Below, in pieces: positions 9,320 through 19,540 of a stretch of 64,000 nucleotides of DNA; positions within the stretch are counted from its first letter, which is position 1, and each line of letters starts with the position of its first letter. A program made the position numbers and the translations under genes. Under the pieces are notes generated by a model. It was not told where the DNA came from, made no database searches, and saw only the letters and a list, made by a program, of their open reading frames with translations. Location: positions 3,622 to 67,621 of IMG/VR virus record IMGVR_UViG_3300020470_003365; one strand, written 5' to 3'. Source of the DNA: a virus.

Positions 9320-9583
9320 ATGACTATTAAGCACGATTTAGATCACGAGGTCTACATTGACCCTAAAGATGGTAAGGAGCATACTAATCATGGTATGCAT
9401 GAATACACTAAAGAAGATTTAGAAAACTCTCATGCTTATTATGAAGAGTATCATAAGGATGATGTAGTTGATGCGAATGAAGGTAAAATAAATGATTATC
9501 ATACACGACATGAAGATAGTCACCTAGAAATTTATTGTGATAATCATCCAGATGCAGATGAGTGTAAGGTATACGACGATTAA
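9320..9583 (+). CDS. cp12: CP12 C-terminal-domain protein with His/Asp-rich N-terminus
   Basis: C-terminus LEIYCDNHPDADECKVYDD matches the CP12 C-X8-C GAPDH-binding loop; lacks the N-terminal Cys pair and AWD.VEE core. Confidence 0.6.
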   Translation: MTIKHDLDHEVYIDPKDGKEHTNHGMHEYTKEDLENSHAYYEEYHKDDVVDANEGKINDYHTRHEDSHLEIYCDNHPDADECKVYDD

Positions 9584-12552
9584 TGGTAGCAGATTCAGGT
9601 TTATTTAATCCAGAAGTTTATGGTAATTCGTCCAGATGGCAAGGGCAAATTGCCGATGATTCTGGGTGGAGAGATAACATAAGTCCTGGTAAAATAGAGA
9701 ATCCTGGTGCAACTAAGGGATGGGGAAGAAGATATAAAGTAAGAATCATGGGCATCCATGACAAGGAAGAAGAAAGTATTAGTTCTGATCAACTTCCTTG
9801 GGCTCAGGTTGAGATGCCCATTACTGGTGGTGGAGGGCAAGCAGGAGCATATATGACTCCTAATCTCCGTCAGGGGATGTTTGTATATGGTTATTTCCAA
9901 GATGGGCCTGAACAGCAAGTACCTATTATTACAGGTGTCTTAGGTCATAATGCGACTACAAAATTAAAACAGAAGATAGGTGAAACAGATTCTAATTTTG
10001 CACCTACCAGTGGATATGCAGAAGGAAAAGTACCAAAAACATATAGGACTAAAGAAGTTGTTCCAAAGTATGATCAAGTAACATCAAGACCAAAGACAGC
10101 ATCTGAAGAAAAAGATGTTGAAGTTGCAGAAGCTGTAGGTAATGAGAAAAATTTAATAAATCAGTTTGGATTAAAGAAAGATTTAGCCGCTACTGCAGAA
10201 CAGTTAAAAGATATTACTAATGCACAATCTCAAGCGGATCTATTAGGTTTACTTGGTGAAGCAAAAGAAGTTTTTGTTAAGAGTAAAGTACATCAAGAAT
10301 TAAGAAATAGGGTAAAGAGAGCAAATTCTCCTATAAAGAAACCAGAACCAGGTGCTACTTGTGAGAGTGCTGATGCTCCTCATAGATTAAATGCTGGTCA
10401 GGTACAGAGAGAAGATAAGTATAGAGAAAAAATAGTTGTTGCTAAACCTGATGATCCAGTTGGATCTTCAATGAAAGCTATGCAAACTGTCATTGATAAT
10501 ATTACTAATAAAATTGACAAGTATCAAAAAGCAGTTCAGGGTGGTGGATATATTGATATGGTTTCTTTGAAGAATCCTATGGCTGATTTAGAAAAAGAAA
10601 TAGAGGGTGCTTCTCAAGAGATGTCGAAATATATGAAGGTTGTTACTGATAAGATGATGGAGTTTGTGAATAAAACAACTAATAAAGAATTATCTAGTGC
10701 TGTATCTGCAATGCCATCGAGTATGAGATTTATGTTTGCTGATATGAAAGAATTGACTGGACAAACAACTCATTCAATGTATCTTGATATTGGTAACAAT
10801 CTAAGTGAGACAATTGGCCCTATATTAAAGGAATCATTGAATGTTAATAATATATTAGATAAGGCGAAGGAAAGAGCACTTGGTATGGATATGTTAGATA
10901 TTAATATTCCTTTACCTAAGATTAGTGATCTTGCTAATGAGGCTATAGGTGTTCTTGATTCAGTTAAAAGTAATGTTGCTTTCCCAATTAGAAGATCCAC
11001 AGGAAAGACACCACCACCAGGAGTAATTAGTGGTAATGGAACCAAAGAAGATCCTTGGATTAGTCCTGCTAGTGAAGCACAAGGAGATATACCAATGCCA
11101 CCACAGGAAGTATTGTTGCCACCTCCACCTCCACCTCAACAGATTCCTCCACTACCAGAATGGATCGCACAGTTTGGACCTGAAGAGGGTAAAATAAAAT
11201 ATAAAGAAGCAAAGAGAGGTCTAGTTACTTCAACACCAGACACATCTTTACCTCCTGTAGTTAGACAAGCTGTTTTAATTCCACCATCGGTTTCAGAGTT
11301 TTCGGAACAGATTGTATCAAATGCTAATAGTGATGGTATTGCTGATTTAACAATCAATTCTTCTGTTGATGTATTGACAAAACCAACTGTTCCCATTTGC
11401 TATGCTGAAGATGTTGCTGCTAAAATAATCTATGCAAATAAAAAAATTATTGATGATGCTAATAATAAAATTATCAATAATATGAATGATTTTATTGGGG
11501 ATATGCAAACTATGATGGGTATAGAACAACAAAAGGCTAGTGATTTACTTCCAGGATTGGAACCAGGTGCGATTGTTAATATAACTGATGAAGAAGTGTT
11601 GGATCAAGTTAGAGGTGGTAGTAATTATCTCACCGCTAAAGGAGTTGGTATAACATTCTTTAAAAATATTAAACCAGGCATTACTACTTCACCAGGATCT
11701 GGAGCTCTTGTTGATATAACTGTATCATCAGGTGGACTTGCTGGTTTTGGTAATGGAAGTGGTGCTCAACACTTTACTTGGATTAGTCAGGGAACAAATT
11801 ATACTAACGGTAATCAGAATGCTACTGATGTTGATACTGATGGTGATGGTACTGGTATGAAAATTAATATGGTTGTTAGTGGAGGAGCAATACAAACTAT
11901 ATTTGTTCATACAATAGGTACAGGATATAAAGTAGGAGATACTATCATTCCACATATGGCAGGAGGTGGAAGTTCTGTTGCAGGTAATGGTAGTTTTAAA
12001 TTAGATATGGTTGCAGGTGCTATTGATGCTGATGGTATTGTGATTGCAAAGAATGGTGGGAATTACCAGACAGGAGATGTATTAAAGATTAATGGTGGTG
12101 GATTTGATGCTAGTTTCACTCTTACTGCAGTTAATGATGTACCAAAACCCAAGGAAAAAAGTGCTAAGAAACCAAATGATTTATCAGGATTGCTTAGTAA
12201 ATTGAATGGTATTCAGGGCAACTTAAGTAAGGCATTGAATTTTGAGAATATGAAAACTAATTTGTTCCCCTTTGAATTACCACCTAATCCTGCAGTTTCT
12301 GATTTCTATCAATTAGTAAGAGGTGGTGCTGCAGCAGCAGAGACTCAATTACCTAGTCTTGAAGCTCTTGCGAAGAATGTTAATGTAGATCAACTTATTC
12401 CTGATCCTGAACAGGCATTAAGTTTTGTACAACCACAAAAAGGACAACCTAATATCACTAAGTTAGCTGAATTGAGAAATACTGCAGAAGATCTAGTAGA
12501 TACTGCAGAGGGTTTGGTGGATGATGTAACAGATACCTTTGGAATTGGGTAA
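9583..12552 (+). CDS. gp5: Baseplate central spike/hub protein (gp5-like OB fold) with long extension
   Basis: WQGQI...GWGRRYKVRIMGIH...LPWAQV...G.FVYGYFQDG..QVPII.G is the gp5 OB-fold signature. Later a Pro-rich segment and G.GY..GD beta repeats. No lysozyme motif recognised. Confidence 0.8.
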   Translation: MVADSGLFNPEVYGNSSRWQGQIADDSGWRDNISPGKIENPGATKGWGRRYKVRIMGIHDKEEESISSDQLPWAQVEMPITGGGGQAGAYMTPNLRQGMFVYGYFQDGPEQQVPIITGVLGHNATTKLKQKIGETDSNFAPTSGYAEGKVPKTYRTKEVVPKYDQVTSRPKTASEEKDVEVAEAVGNEKNLINQFGLKKDLAATAEQLKDITNAQSQADLLGLLGEAKEVFVKSKVHQELRNRVKRANSPIKKPEPGATCESADAPHRLNAGQVQREDKYREKIVVAKPDDPVGSSMKAMQTVIDNITNKIDKYQKAVQGGGYIDMVSLKNPMADLEKEIEGASQEMSKYMKVVTDKMMEFVNKTTNKELSSAVSAMPSSMRFMFADMKELTGQTTHSMYLDIGNNLSETIGPILKESLNVNNILDKAKERALGMDMLDINIPLPKISDLANEAIGVLDSVKSNVAFPIRRSTGKTPPPGVISGNGTKEDPWISPASEAQGDIPMPPQEVLLPPPPPPQQIPPLPEWIAQFGPEEGKIKYKEAKRGLVTSTPDTSLPPVVRQAVLIPPSVSEFSEQIVSNANSDGIADLTINSSVDVLTKPTVPICYAEDVAAKIIYANKKIIDDANNKIINNMNDFIGDMQTMMGIEQQKASDLLPGLEPGAIVNITDEEVLDQVRGGSNYLTAKGVGITFFKNIKPGITTSPGSGALVDITVSSGGLAGFGNGSGAQHFTWISQGTNYTNGNQNATDVDTDGDGTGMKINMVVSGGAIQTIFVHTIGTGYKVGDTIIPHMAGGGSSVAGNGSFKLDMVAGAIDADGIVIAKNGGNYQTGDVLKINGGGFDASFTLTAVNDVPKPKEKSAKKPNDLSGLLSKLNGIQGNLSKALNFENMKTNLFPFELPPNPAVSDFYQLVRGGAAAAETQLPSLEALAKNVNVDQLIPDPEQALSFVQPQKGQPNITKLAELRNTAEDLVDTAEGLVDDVTDTFGIG

Positions 12553-12558
12553 TAAATA
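12553..12558 (+). promoter_or_regulatory. Late promoter box TAAATA
   Basis: In the 12 bp gap before the 12565 gene. Confidence 0.5.
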
Positions 12559-12564
12559 TTAATT

Positions 12565-15500
12565 ATGGCAGATACTAAACCTACATTTAATATTTTTGGT
12601 CCAGTTACCAATAATGAAATACGAGTTGGTTACATATCCACTGATAGAGGATATGTTACACCTATTGATATTTGTGAAGCTAATAGATATGAGAAGAATA
12701 ATCCAGGAACTATATTCATATATGAAAACAGGGATAAAGTATTATACTTAGATATTGATCAACTTAATACTTTAAATATTGATGAATTAATACCATCTAA
12801 AACAGCATCTGATGGTAGTTGTGATGGATTGCAATTAGAATCACCATGTAATAAAGAAACAGTTGCTAATTTTTATGGTGGTGGAGGTGTTGGTGTACTT
12901 GGAAATCCAATTATAGGAACTGATGGTGCTGTATTAGCAGTTGATATTGTTGAAGGTGGTTTTGGATATCAATATCCTCCTATTGTAGAAGTTAAAAATG
13001 GTTGTGATATTGGTGATGGATCTCTTTTTGAATCTGTTTTATCTGATGATGGATATACAATAGACACATTAAAATATTATGATGAGTGTCCTGGTATAGA
13101 AAGAGTAATTGAATTATGTCCTGAAACTCCTGTAGAGAAGGCAGGTTGGGGAAGAATGTTTAATAAAGAAGGTGTAGATATAGGGCCTTGGGATCCGACA
13201 AAATATACTGATAATATATTAGGAGATCCAATTGATTTGGAGATGGCTGCTTATGAGAAACAACTTGCTGAATTTAAAAATCCTTTTTGGACTCCAAGAA
13301 GTAATACTCCAGTAACTATAACATCTGATGATAAAGTTTCTAGTTTAAAATATGACGTTTACCATTGGGCATGGGGTGCAAAAGCAGGGATTAATCCTGA
13401 AGGTGAAATTGATAACCTTTATATAAAATTATTTGGAAGAAGGGGTGAACCAAGTGGACTGAAATATTGGAGGGATATACAAGCTAGTGGTAAAAATCTT
13501 ACTCAAGTAGAGGCATCAATGAAGACCTTTCCTGAGTGGAAACGTGTTTGTGAAGGTGAATGTAAACCTGTTATGCCAGATGTTACTTATCTTGCTGGTT
13601 CATATTGGGAGTATGATAAAAATAACTTCATGAATAAGTATGCTATATCACCTCTTCCAATGTCTAATGTACTTGGTTCTGATGGTGGTGGAGATTTATA
13701 TTCTATGGAATGGGATGTGGAGTTTCCTTATGATGGTAATTATACTTTCATAGTTCAATGCGATAATGAGGGAACTTTATTTGTTGATGGTGAAAAACAA
13801 AGTGAGTATAATATAGGTGCTGGTGGTGCTTCAGGAGCTACATTATCTCCTCCAGAGAAAAAGATGTTGAATTTGACTAAAGGAAATCATAAAGTTAGAT
13901 TTGATCTTTTAAATTTAGTAAGTAAAAAGAAAGTTGTTAAACCAGATGAGTTTACTGCAAAAACAAATGATGTAGATTTTAAATTTAATACTTCATCATA
14001 TCATGGTGCTACTGCATCTATTGAAGGATTGGATATGTATATTGAGAAAGAATATGGTCCTGATAAAGATGTTAGTAAAGATTTTAATCGAAAGGTTGAG
14101 TATGGAAGAGTATATGATGTTATATTAACAAGCAATACTTTTAGATCAGAAACTAGACCTTCTAATAATAGAGATATTATATTTGAAGGTCTTCATCCTG
14201 TTAATAATCCTATTAATGTTAGTGCCAACAGGAAGAGACTTAATTTAAGGGATGGTGACGGTAGAGATACCAATGCATCTTTTACAATTGATAGTGGTAA
14301 TGTTAAATTTTCTGCTGATGGTAAAAGATTGGAAGGTAATGGTGAAGTAACTATAAATTTAACATGGAATGATAATCCTAGAAGAGCTGGAGTTGCAGTA
14401 AGAAGAATTAAGATAGGAACTACAATTTGGACACAATCTGGTAGAAGTGGTAGTGAAAGTCATAAGATTACTCTTGGTAATATCACACAGCAATTAGGAA
14501 GTGATGCTAGTGCAAGTATTAAGTTAAGAACTAAAGGAGAAAGAGTTCTTCAAATGGAAGATATTCCTCATGTACCTATAGAAGATCAAAAGGTTCTTTT
14601 TGATGATGTAGTTCTAACTGCATCTCAAGGTAGATTTTTTAATATTCAAGGTAATAAGGCAAAATATACTTTAGATGCACCATTACCTGTAGATAGATCA
14701 TCAAGTGATGATCTAAAAGTATTTGATACTCTCTCATTCATAGATAAGTCTTCTAGAAAGTTATGGAAAACAAATAATTTAAGTCCTCAACAGAGAAAAG
14801 ATAGTTCCAATTCTTTTAGTAATCGATATGGTATAACACCATTCAATCCTACTATTGAACATAATACAAATTATCCAGGATTTCATAAAATTGTTTGGGA
14901 TAATGTTACTTTCCCTGCGACTGCTGACTATGATATTACTATTGCTGTTGATGATAATGTAAGATTAAGAATTGGTGATCAGGTTGATATTCAGAAGGAT
15001 GGTTTCTCTGTAAGAGGTGACTGGAGAACATCAACTGGAACAACTGTTTATAGTAAGAGAGTTAAGGAGGGAACATATACTTTAACTGCTGACTTGGAGC
15101 AAATACGAGGTGGTAAGTATGGGATGAATGCAAATTCAATGTTACTTGCTATTGATATAAGATCTAGAGGTAGTTTGAGAACTGAAGTTGAGAAGAAGAG
15201 TTGGAATCAAAATCCTTTTGCTGTTGCATTAGCGATTGAATCTCCACCACCACCTCCACCAAAAAGAGAATTGCCAGATTCGGGTGATGGAGGATGTCCT
15301 GAGAATCCAATTTGGTCAACTATGACACCAGGTTCTAGTGAATCATGGTATCCAGCTAATCATAAATCTTGGAGTGAATTTACGAATACATATGCTCTTT
15401 CTCCAGTTCCACCTTTAGATACTCCTGGAAGTGATGGAGTTGGTGCATTATATAAAACTTCTTGGAAGATGAATGCTCCTTATGCAGGAAATTATATGAT

Positions 15501-17817
15501 AAAGGGTACAGTAGAAGATACTGGAAAACTTCTTGTTAATGGGAGAGAAATTGGTGGTTTAACTTCACCAACTGAGTTATGTCCTAAGATACAATCTACA
15601 AAAGTTTATTTAGAAGAGGGTACTCATGATATTGAAGTTCAAGTTGAAAATAAAAAAGATTATGAGACACCCAAGTTCTTTATAGATCAAAAGATATTTA
15701 ATACACAAGATTGGCAAAATCAAGTATCAAGAGCATCGGGTAGAACAAAAGATATTGATTTTAAAATAACCACTGCAACATACCACGGTGCTACTGCATC
15801 TATAGAAGCATTAGGAATATATCATGAAAAACCATTTGGTGGTGAATATGACCCACCAAAAGATTTTAAAAGAACAGTTGAGTATGGTAGAATATATGAT
15901 GTGATATTGACGAGTAATACCTTTAGATCAGTTAATGTACCTGTTAATAGTAATCAAATTAATGTTATTAATATGAAAGATCCTGTAAATGGATTTAAAT
16001 GGATAAGTAGTACAAGAATTGAATATGATGAAGATCCTATTAAAAATGGATGGGATTGTAATGCTGCTTTTACTATTGATAATGTTGTTGGAGGAACAGC
16101 TAAATTTAATCCAAATGGTCAGAGAATAGATTATACAGGAGATAATGTTCAAGTTACATTAACATTATCCTATAGAGATAGACGTGCTGCTGATGGATTT
16201 GCTTTAGATGCTATTAGGATGGGGAATATTCAATGGACTAGAAATGGTGAAGTGGGTTCTGAAACTCATACCATAACCTTGGGTTCAGGAACTACACAGA
16301 TTGGGGAGGATATGACTTTTGCAACAGGATCAAATCCAGAAGGTATTAAGTTAAGAACTAAAGGTGAAAGAGTTCTTCAGATGGAGGATATTCCTCATGT
16401 ACCTATAGAAGATCAAAAGATTCTTTTTGATGATGTTATTATAACTGTAACAGAAGGAAAATTTTTTGGAATAAACGGTAATAAGGCCAAGTATGTGCTT
16501 CCTGAACCTCATAATACAAATTTAGATAGAGGTGGTGTTACTTATAAAGGGCCTGCTCTTTTCCACTATACTTTTAAAAGTTGGGGATCATTTATGAATA
16601 AGAGTAGTGTTTCACCTGATTATCCTAAGTTTGGTGGTGGAGAACTTGTCACATATGAATGGAGTAATGTTGATTTTCCAAGAGATGGTGAGTACGCAAT
16701 TAAATTTCAGATGGATCATTCAGCAACTCTTTATCTTGATGGTCAGAAAATACAACAAAATAGTTATATTGGGGTGGAAGGAACTCATGGTCAAGACTTG
16801 ACTGGTGAGGGAACTGCTAAATTAGTGAAAGTAAAAAAAGGTAAGCATACTCTTTCAGTAAGACCAACTGTTTATACTGAAGAGTCTGGAGGCCCAATAG
16901 GATTTATAGATGCTTTGTTCCGTAAACCAAGTCAAGATTATTATAGAGGTACAGCAGCGTTTGATGCTAACCCAAGTGGTTTTGCGATAGGAATTACAAT
17001 CAAGACCGAAACTGCTCCAGCATTTGGATCAAAAGAAGAGATAGCACAGAGAGGAAAATCATGGAAAGATAATCCTACAGCAATCTCAGCAATAATGATT
17101 CCTCCTCCTTGTCCTAAGAAAATAAAAGGAAAGGGTGTTGTTGTTGATGTAATTGTTGATGATCCTGGCGGCCCATATCCAACTCCTGAAGAACCACCTG
17201 AAGTAAGTTATCCTGTTACTTTGAAATTGAAAAAGGTAATTCCTGATGGAGGAATTAATTACGATCCTGGTGATAATCCAATTGTATTTCCACCTTATTC
17301 TACCGAAGAACCTAATACTCCTAATGATGGCACTGGTGATCAAATTATCATAGATCCTCCTAATGGAGCTAAATTGACTCCTGTATTTGGTCCTCATGGA
17401 GTACCTATTGCTGTTAATATAGAGAATCCTGGTCTTGGGTGGACAAAGTATCCTACAATTCGTATGCCATCTGATACTGGTGTTGGTGTTGTCTTCAAAC
17501 CACAATTTGAAATTGTAAGAGATCCATTAGATGTTGCACCTGATAAATTATTACAGGTTACGGATTTAGTTGGATTGAAACAGACTGGTTATGTTGATGG
17601 TAGACCATATTATGGTGCAATATATTATGAAAATGATTTGAAATATGCTGGATTATATGAAACTGTTGGACAAAAGATACGTATCTATGATACACTACAA
17701 GATAGCATAGATGCTATGGATAGATCAGATCCATCTGCAATTCAACGTTCAGGAACTGATGTATCAAGTAATGATCCTAGACTTGATATCCCAAACACCC
17801 CAGATAATTTAATCTAA
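12565..17817 (+). CDS. Large virion structural protein with several PA14-like carbohydrate-binding domains
   Basis: Repeated W.V.FP..G.Y.(F/I)...D(N/D)...L.(V/L)DG ... G.H motifs (PA14-like); a LYIKLFGRRGEPSGLKYW DUF4214-like helix; internally duplicated module. Confidence 0.7.
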   Translation: MADTKPTFNIFGPVTNNEIRVGYISTDRGYVTPIDICEANRYEKNNPGTIFIYENRDKVLYLDIDQLNTLNIDELIPSKTASDGSCDGLQLESPCNKETVANFYGGGGVGVLGNPIIGTDGAVLAVDIVEGGFGYQYPPIVEVKNGCDIGDGSLFESVLSDDGYTIDTLKYYDECPGIERVIELCPETPVEKAGWGRMFNKEGVDIGPWDPTKYTDNILGDPIDLEMAAYEKQLAEFKNPFWTPRSNTPVTITSDDKVSSLKYDVYHWAWGAKAGINPEGEIDNLYIKLFGRRGEPSGLKYWRDIQASGKNLTQVEASMKTFPEWKRVCEGECKPVMPDVTYLAGSYWEYDKNNFMNKYAISPLPMSNVLGSDGGGDLYSMEWDVEFPYDGNYTFIVQCDNEGTLFVDGEKQSEYNIGAGGASGATLSPPEKKMLNLTKGNHKVRFDLLNLVSKKKVVKPDEFTAKTNDVDFKFNTSSYHGATASIEGLDMYIEKEYGPDKDVSKDFNRKVEYGRVYDVILTSNTFRSETRPSNNRDIIFEGLHPVNNPINVSANRKRLNLRDGDGRDTNASFTIDSGNVKFSADGKRLEGNGEVTINLTWNDNPRRAGVAVRRIKIGTTIWTQSGRSGSESHKITLGNITQQLGSDASASIKLRTKGERVLQMEDIPHVPIEDQKVLFDDVVLTASQGRFFNIQGNKAKYTLDAPLPVDRSSSDDLKVFDTLSFIDKSSRKLWKTNNLSPQQRKDSSNSFSNRYGITPFNPTIEHNTNYPGFHKIVWDNVTFPATADYDITIAVDDNVRLRIGDQVDIQKDGFSVRGDWRTSTGTTVYSKRVKEGTYTLTADLEQIRGGKYGMNANSMLLAIDIRSRGSLRTEVEKKSWNQNPFAVALAIESPPPPPPKRELPDSGDGGCPENPIWSTMTPGSSESWYPANHKSWSEFTNTYALSPVPPLDTPGSDGVGALYKTSWKMNAPYAGNYMIKGTVEDTGKLLVNGREIGGLTSPTELCPKIQSTKVYLEEGTHDIEVQVENKKDYETPKFFIDQKIFNTQDWQNQVSRASGRTKDIDFKITTATYHGATASIEALGIYHEKPFGGEYDPPKDFKRTVEYGRIYDVILTSNTFRSVNVPVNSNQINVINMKDPVNGFKWISSTRIEYDEDPIKNGWDCNAAFTIDNVVGGTAKFNPNGQRIDYTGDNVQVTLTLSYRDRRAADGFALDAIRMGNIQWTRNGEVGSETHTITLGSGTTQIGEDMTFATGSNPEGIKLRTKGERVLQMEDIPHVPIEDQKILFDDVIITVTEGKFFGINGNKAKYVLPEPHNTNLDRGGVTYKGPALFHYTFKSWGSFMNKSSVSPDYPKFGGGELVTYEWSNVDFPRDGEYAIKFQMDHSATLYLDGQKIQQNSYIGVEGTHGQDLTGEGTAKLVKVKKGKHTLSVRPTVYTEESGGPIGFIDALFRKPSQDYYRGTAAFDANPSGFAIGITIKTETAPAFGSKEEIAQRGKSWKDNPTAISAIMIPPPCPKKIKGKGVVVDVIVDDPGGPYPTPEEPPEVSYPVTLKLKKVIPDGGINYDPGDNPIVFPPYSTEEPNTPNDGTGDQIIIDPPNGAKLTPVFGPHGVPIAVNIENPGLGWTKYPTIRMPSDTGVGVVFKPQFEIVRDPLDVAPDKLLQVTDLVGLKQTGYVDGRPYYGAIYYENDLKYAGLYETVGQKIRIYDTLQDSIDAMDRSDPSAIQRSGTDVSSNDPRLDIPNTPDNLI
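14518..16437 (+). repeat. 93 bp direct repeat (14518-14610 and 16345-16437), part of a duplicated module
   Basis: IKLRTKGERVLQMEDIPHVPIEDQK(V/I)LFDDV, 5 nt mismatches by eye. An upstream arm (YHGATASIE...VEYGR.YDVILTSNTFRS) is also duplicated at about 13960-14150 and 15742-15930. Confidence 0.85.
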
Positions 17818-17818
17818 T

Positions 17819-18439
17819 ATGGCAGGACAAGGTAACAAAGGTAGAAATAACAAACGAGAGGGAAGTGCCAAGCAGAATTACACTGCATTAAAATATGGTA
17901 ACAACCAAGGATCAATCTCCTTTGGACAGATTCATAAGCAAGGAGATGTTACATCTTCTGTTATGATTGAGACTCCAGATGGTGAACATCAATTATCTCT
18001 TGATTTAGACGGTGAAAGAACAGGGTGGACTTGTTCTAGTAGTCCTGGTAATTTTCAGGTAGAGTGTGGTTCTGCTAATCAAGAAGCACAAGATAGTCTT
18101 CTTTTAAATGCTAAGAATGGTAATATCATTTTATTAGCCACTAATGGTAAGATTAGAATGCAAGCAACTGATATTGAGTTAGTTGCAGTAGGTGAGGGTG
18201 GTGCTAAAGGTAATATTAAAATGACTGCTACAGAATCTATTACAACTGATTCTAAAAAGTTATTGATGACTGCTAAATCATTTTATAGAATTGCTTCTCC
18301 ACAGACAGGAGAGGTTGTTGCAAACGGAGTATTAAAATTGTATAGTTCTATTATTAGGGGAGTTACTGATGCCGTGGCAGTAAAAGATTCTAAGGTAGGT
18401 GGACAAAGATTCCAAAAACAAATGAACGAGGGGGTTTAA
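17819..18439 (+). CDS. Probable spike beta-helix subunit (separate gp5 C-terminal-like protein)
   Basis: Short repeated beta strands (LLLNAKNGNIILLATNGKIRMQATDIEL, GNIKMTATESIT) and position in the gp5 cluster. Confidence 0.45.
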   Translation: MAGQGNKGRNNKREGSAKQNYTALKYGNNQGSISFGQIHKQGDVTSSVMIETPDGEHQLSLDLDGERTGWTCSSSPGNFQVECGSANQEAQDSLLLNAKNGNIILLATNGKIRMQATDIELVAVGEGGAKGNIKMTATESITTDSKKLLMTAKSFYRIASPQTGEVVANGVLKLYSSIIRGVTDAVAVKDSKVGGQRFQKQMNEGV

Positions 18440-18440
18440 C

Positions 18441-19229
18441 ATGTCATACAATGTAGATGATATTAATGTAGGAGGTCAGTTAAAGGTTGGTACAGGTATT
18501 GATGTTGCTCCTATACAAGAAGGTGATAGTAAGATCAATGGATCAATGTTTGCAGAAGGCCCTGTAGTGATGGGTAGACCTGATGCTTTCTCCGAGATAG
18601 AGGGAACATTGATGGTTGGTCCTATTGGTAATGATGATCCTAATATGCCAGAGGACACTGTTCCTTACAGGACAGTGCTTGGACTTTCTGGTGCTCAACC
18701 ACAAGCAATATTTTCTAAAGGAAATATGTATGTGCAAGGAGATTTATTTGTTACAGGATCTGTTGATTGTTTTTCATCTGGAAGACTAGAAGCAAGACAT
18801 AAGGCAGCAGATGCCTCTCCTAAGAAGTTTGATATGGAGCATCCTTCTAAGGGTGAGGGTCATCGTCTTGCACATGCCTGTATTGAAGGCCCAGAGGTGG
18901 GAGTTTACTATAGAGGTAGACTTAAGAACAGTAATGTGATAGAGTTACCTACATACTGGAAGGATTTAGTACATGCTGACAGTATCTCTGTTCAACTTCA
19001 ACCAATTGGTGCTCATCAGGATATTATTATAAAAAGATGGGATGATGAGCAAGTACATCTACAGTCAAGAGGCCCTATCCCTATTGATTGTTTCTATCAT
19101 GTTTATGCTGAGAGAAAGGATGTAAATGCTTTGATTGTAGAATATGAAGGGAAGGATTGGGATGATTATCCTGACAAAGATAACCATGACCCTAAATATG
19201 CAGAGGTGATCAACACTAGGACTCGTTAA
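18441..19229 (+). CDS. Virion/spike-associated protein with C-terminal chaperone-like domain
   Basis: KKFDMEHP...RLAHACIEGPEVGVYYRG...IELP.YW..LV...VQL.PIG...V.AERKD motif seen at the ends of phage fibre/spike proteins. Confidence 0.5.
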   Translation: MSYNVDDINVGGQLKVGTGIDVAPIQEGDSKINGSMFAEGPVVMGRPDAFSEIEGTLMVGPIGNDDPNMPEDTVPYRTVLGLSGAQPQAIFSKGNMYVQGDLFVTGSVDCFSSGRLEARHKAADASPKKFDMEHPSKGEGHRLAHACIEGPEVGVYYRGRLKNSNVIELPTYWKDLVHADSISVQLQPIGAHQDIIIKRWDDEQVHLQSRGPIPIDCFYHVYAERKDVNALIVEYEGKDWDDYPDKDNHDPKYAEVINTRTR

Positions 19230-19230
19230 A

Positions 19231-19413
19231 ATGATTGATGAATACCTTACAAGGTGTGTAGTAGACACATTAAGAAGAACAATTACAATTTATTCTTCTG
19301 AAGGAGATGAAAAGGTAGTTAAGTGTGATACGGTAGATGAATTTATGAATGTATTGAATTTAGTACGTGAAACTTGTCCAGAAGATGTGTTAGTGTATTC
19401 TGATCCTCTCTGA
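19231..19413 (+). CDS. Small hypothetical cyanophage protein
   Basis: 60 aa ORF tightly coupled to the upstream gene. Confidence 0.7.
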   Translation: MIDEYLTRCVVDTLRRTITIYSSEGDEKVVKCDTVDEFMNVLNLVRETCPEDVLVYSDPL

Positions 19414-19503
19414 GGGAAATTAGCTTTTAATTCCAAAAATGTCGGGAAAAAAATCCCCAGGTTTTTTTACCCCCATTAGATCGGCAGAGTTTTTTTGTTA
19501 TGC

Positions 19504-19509
19504 TAAATA
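19504..19509 (+). promoter_or_regulatory. Late promoter box TAAATA
   Basis: gctaaataa about 30 bp upstream of the 19541 ATG. Confidence 0.65.
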
Positions 19510-19540
19510 ATCCATAACAAGAACTATAAGTACGAATACA

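Noticed and set aside
9583-12552. Tail lysozyme domain in gp5
   Set aside because: No T4-lysozyme catalytic motif was recognisable.
14518-16437. Possible diversity-generating retroelement TR/VR pair, since all five mismatches involve an A
   Set aside because: Four mismatches are synonymous third positions, the A is not always in the same copy, both copies are mid-gene, and no reverse transcriptase is in the window.
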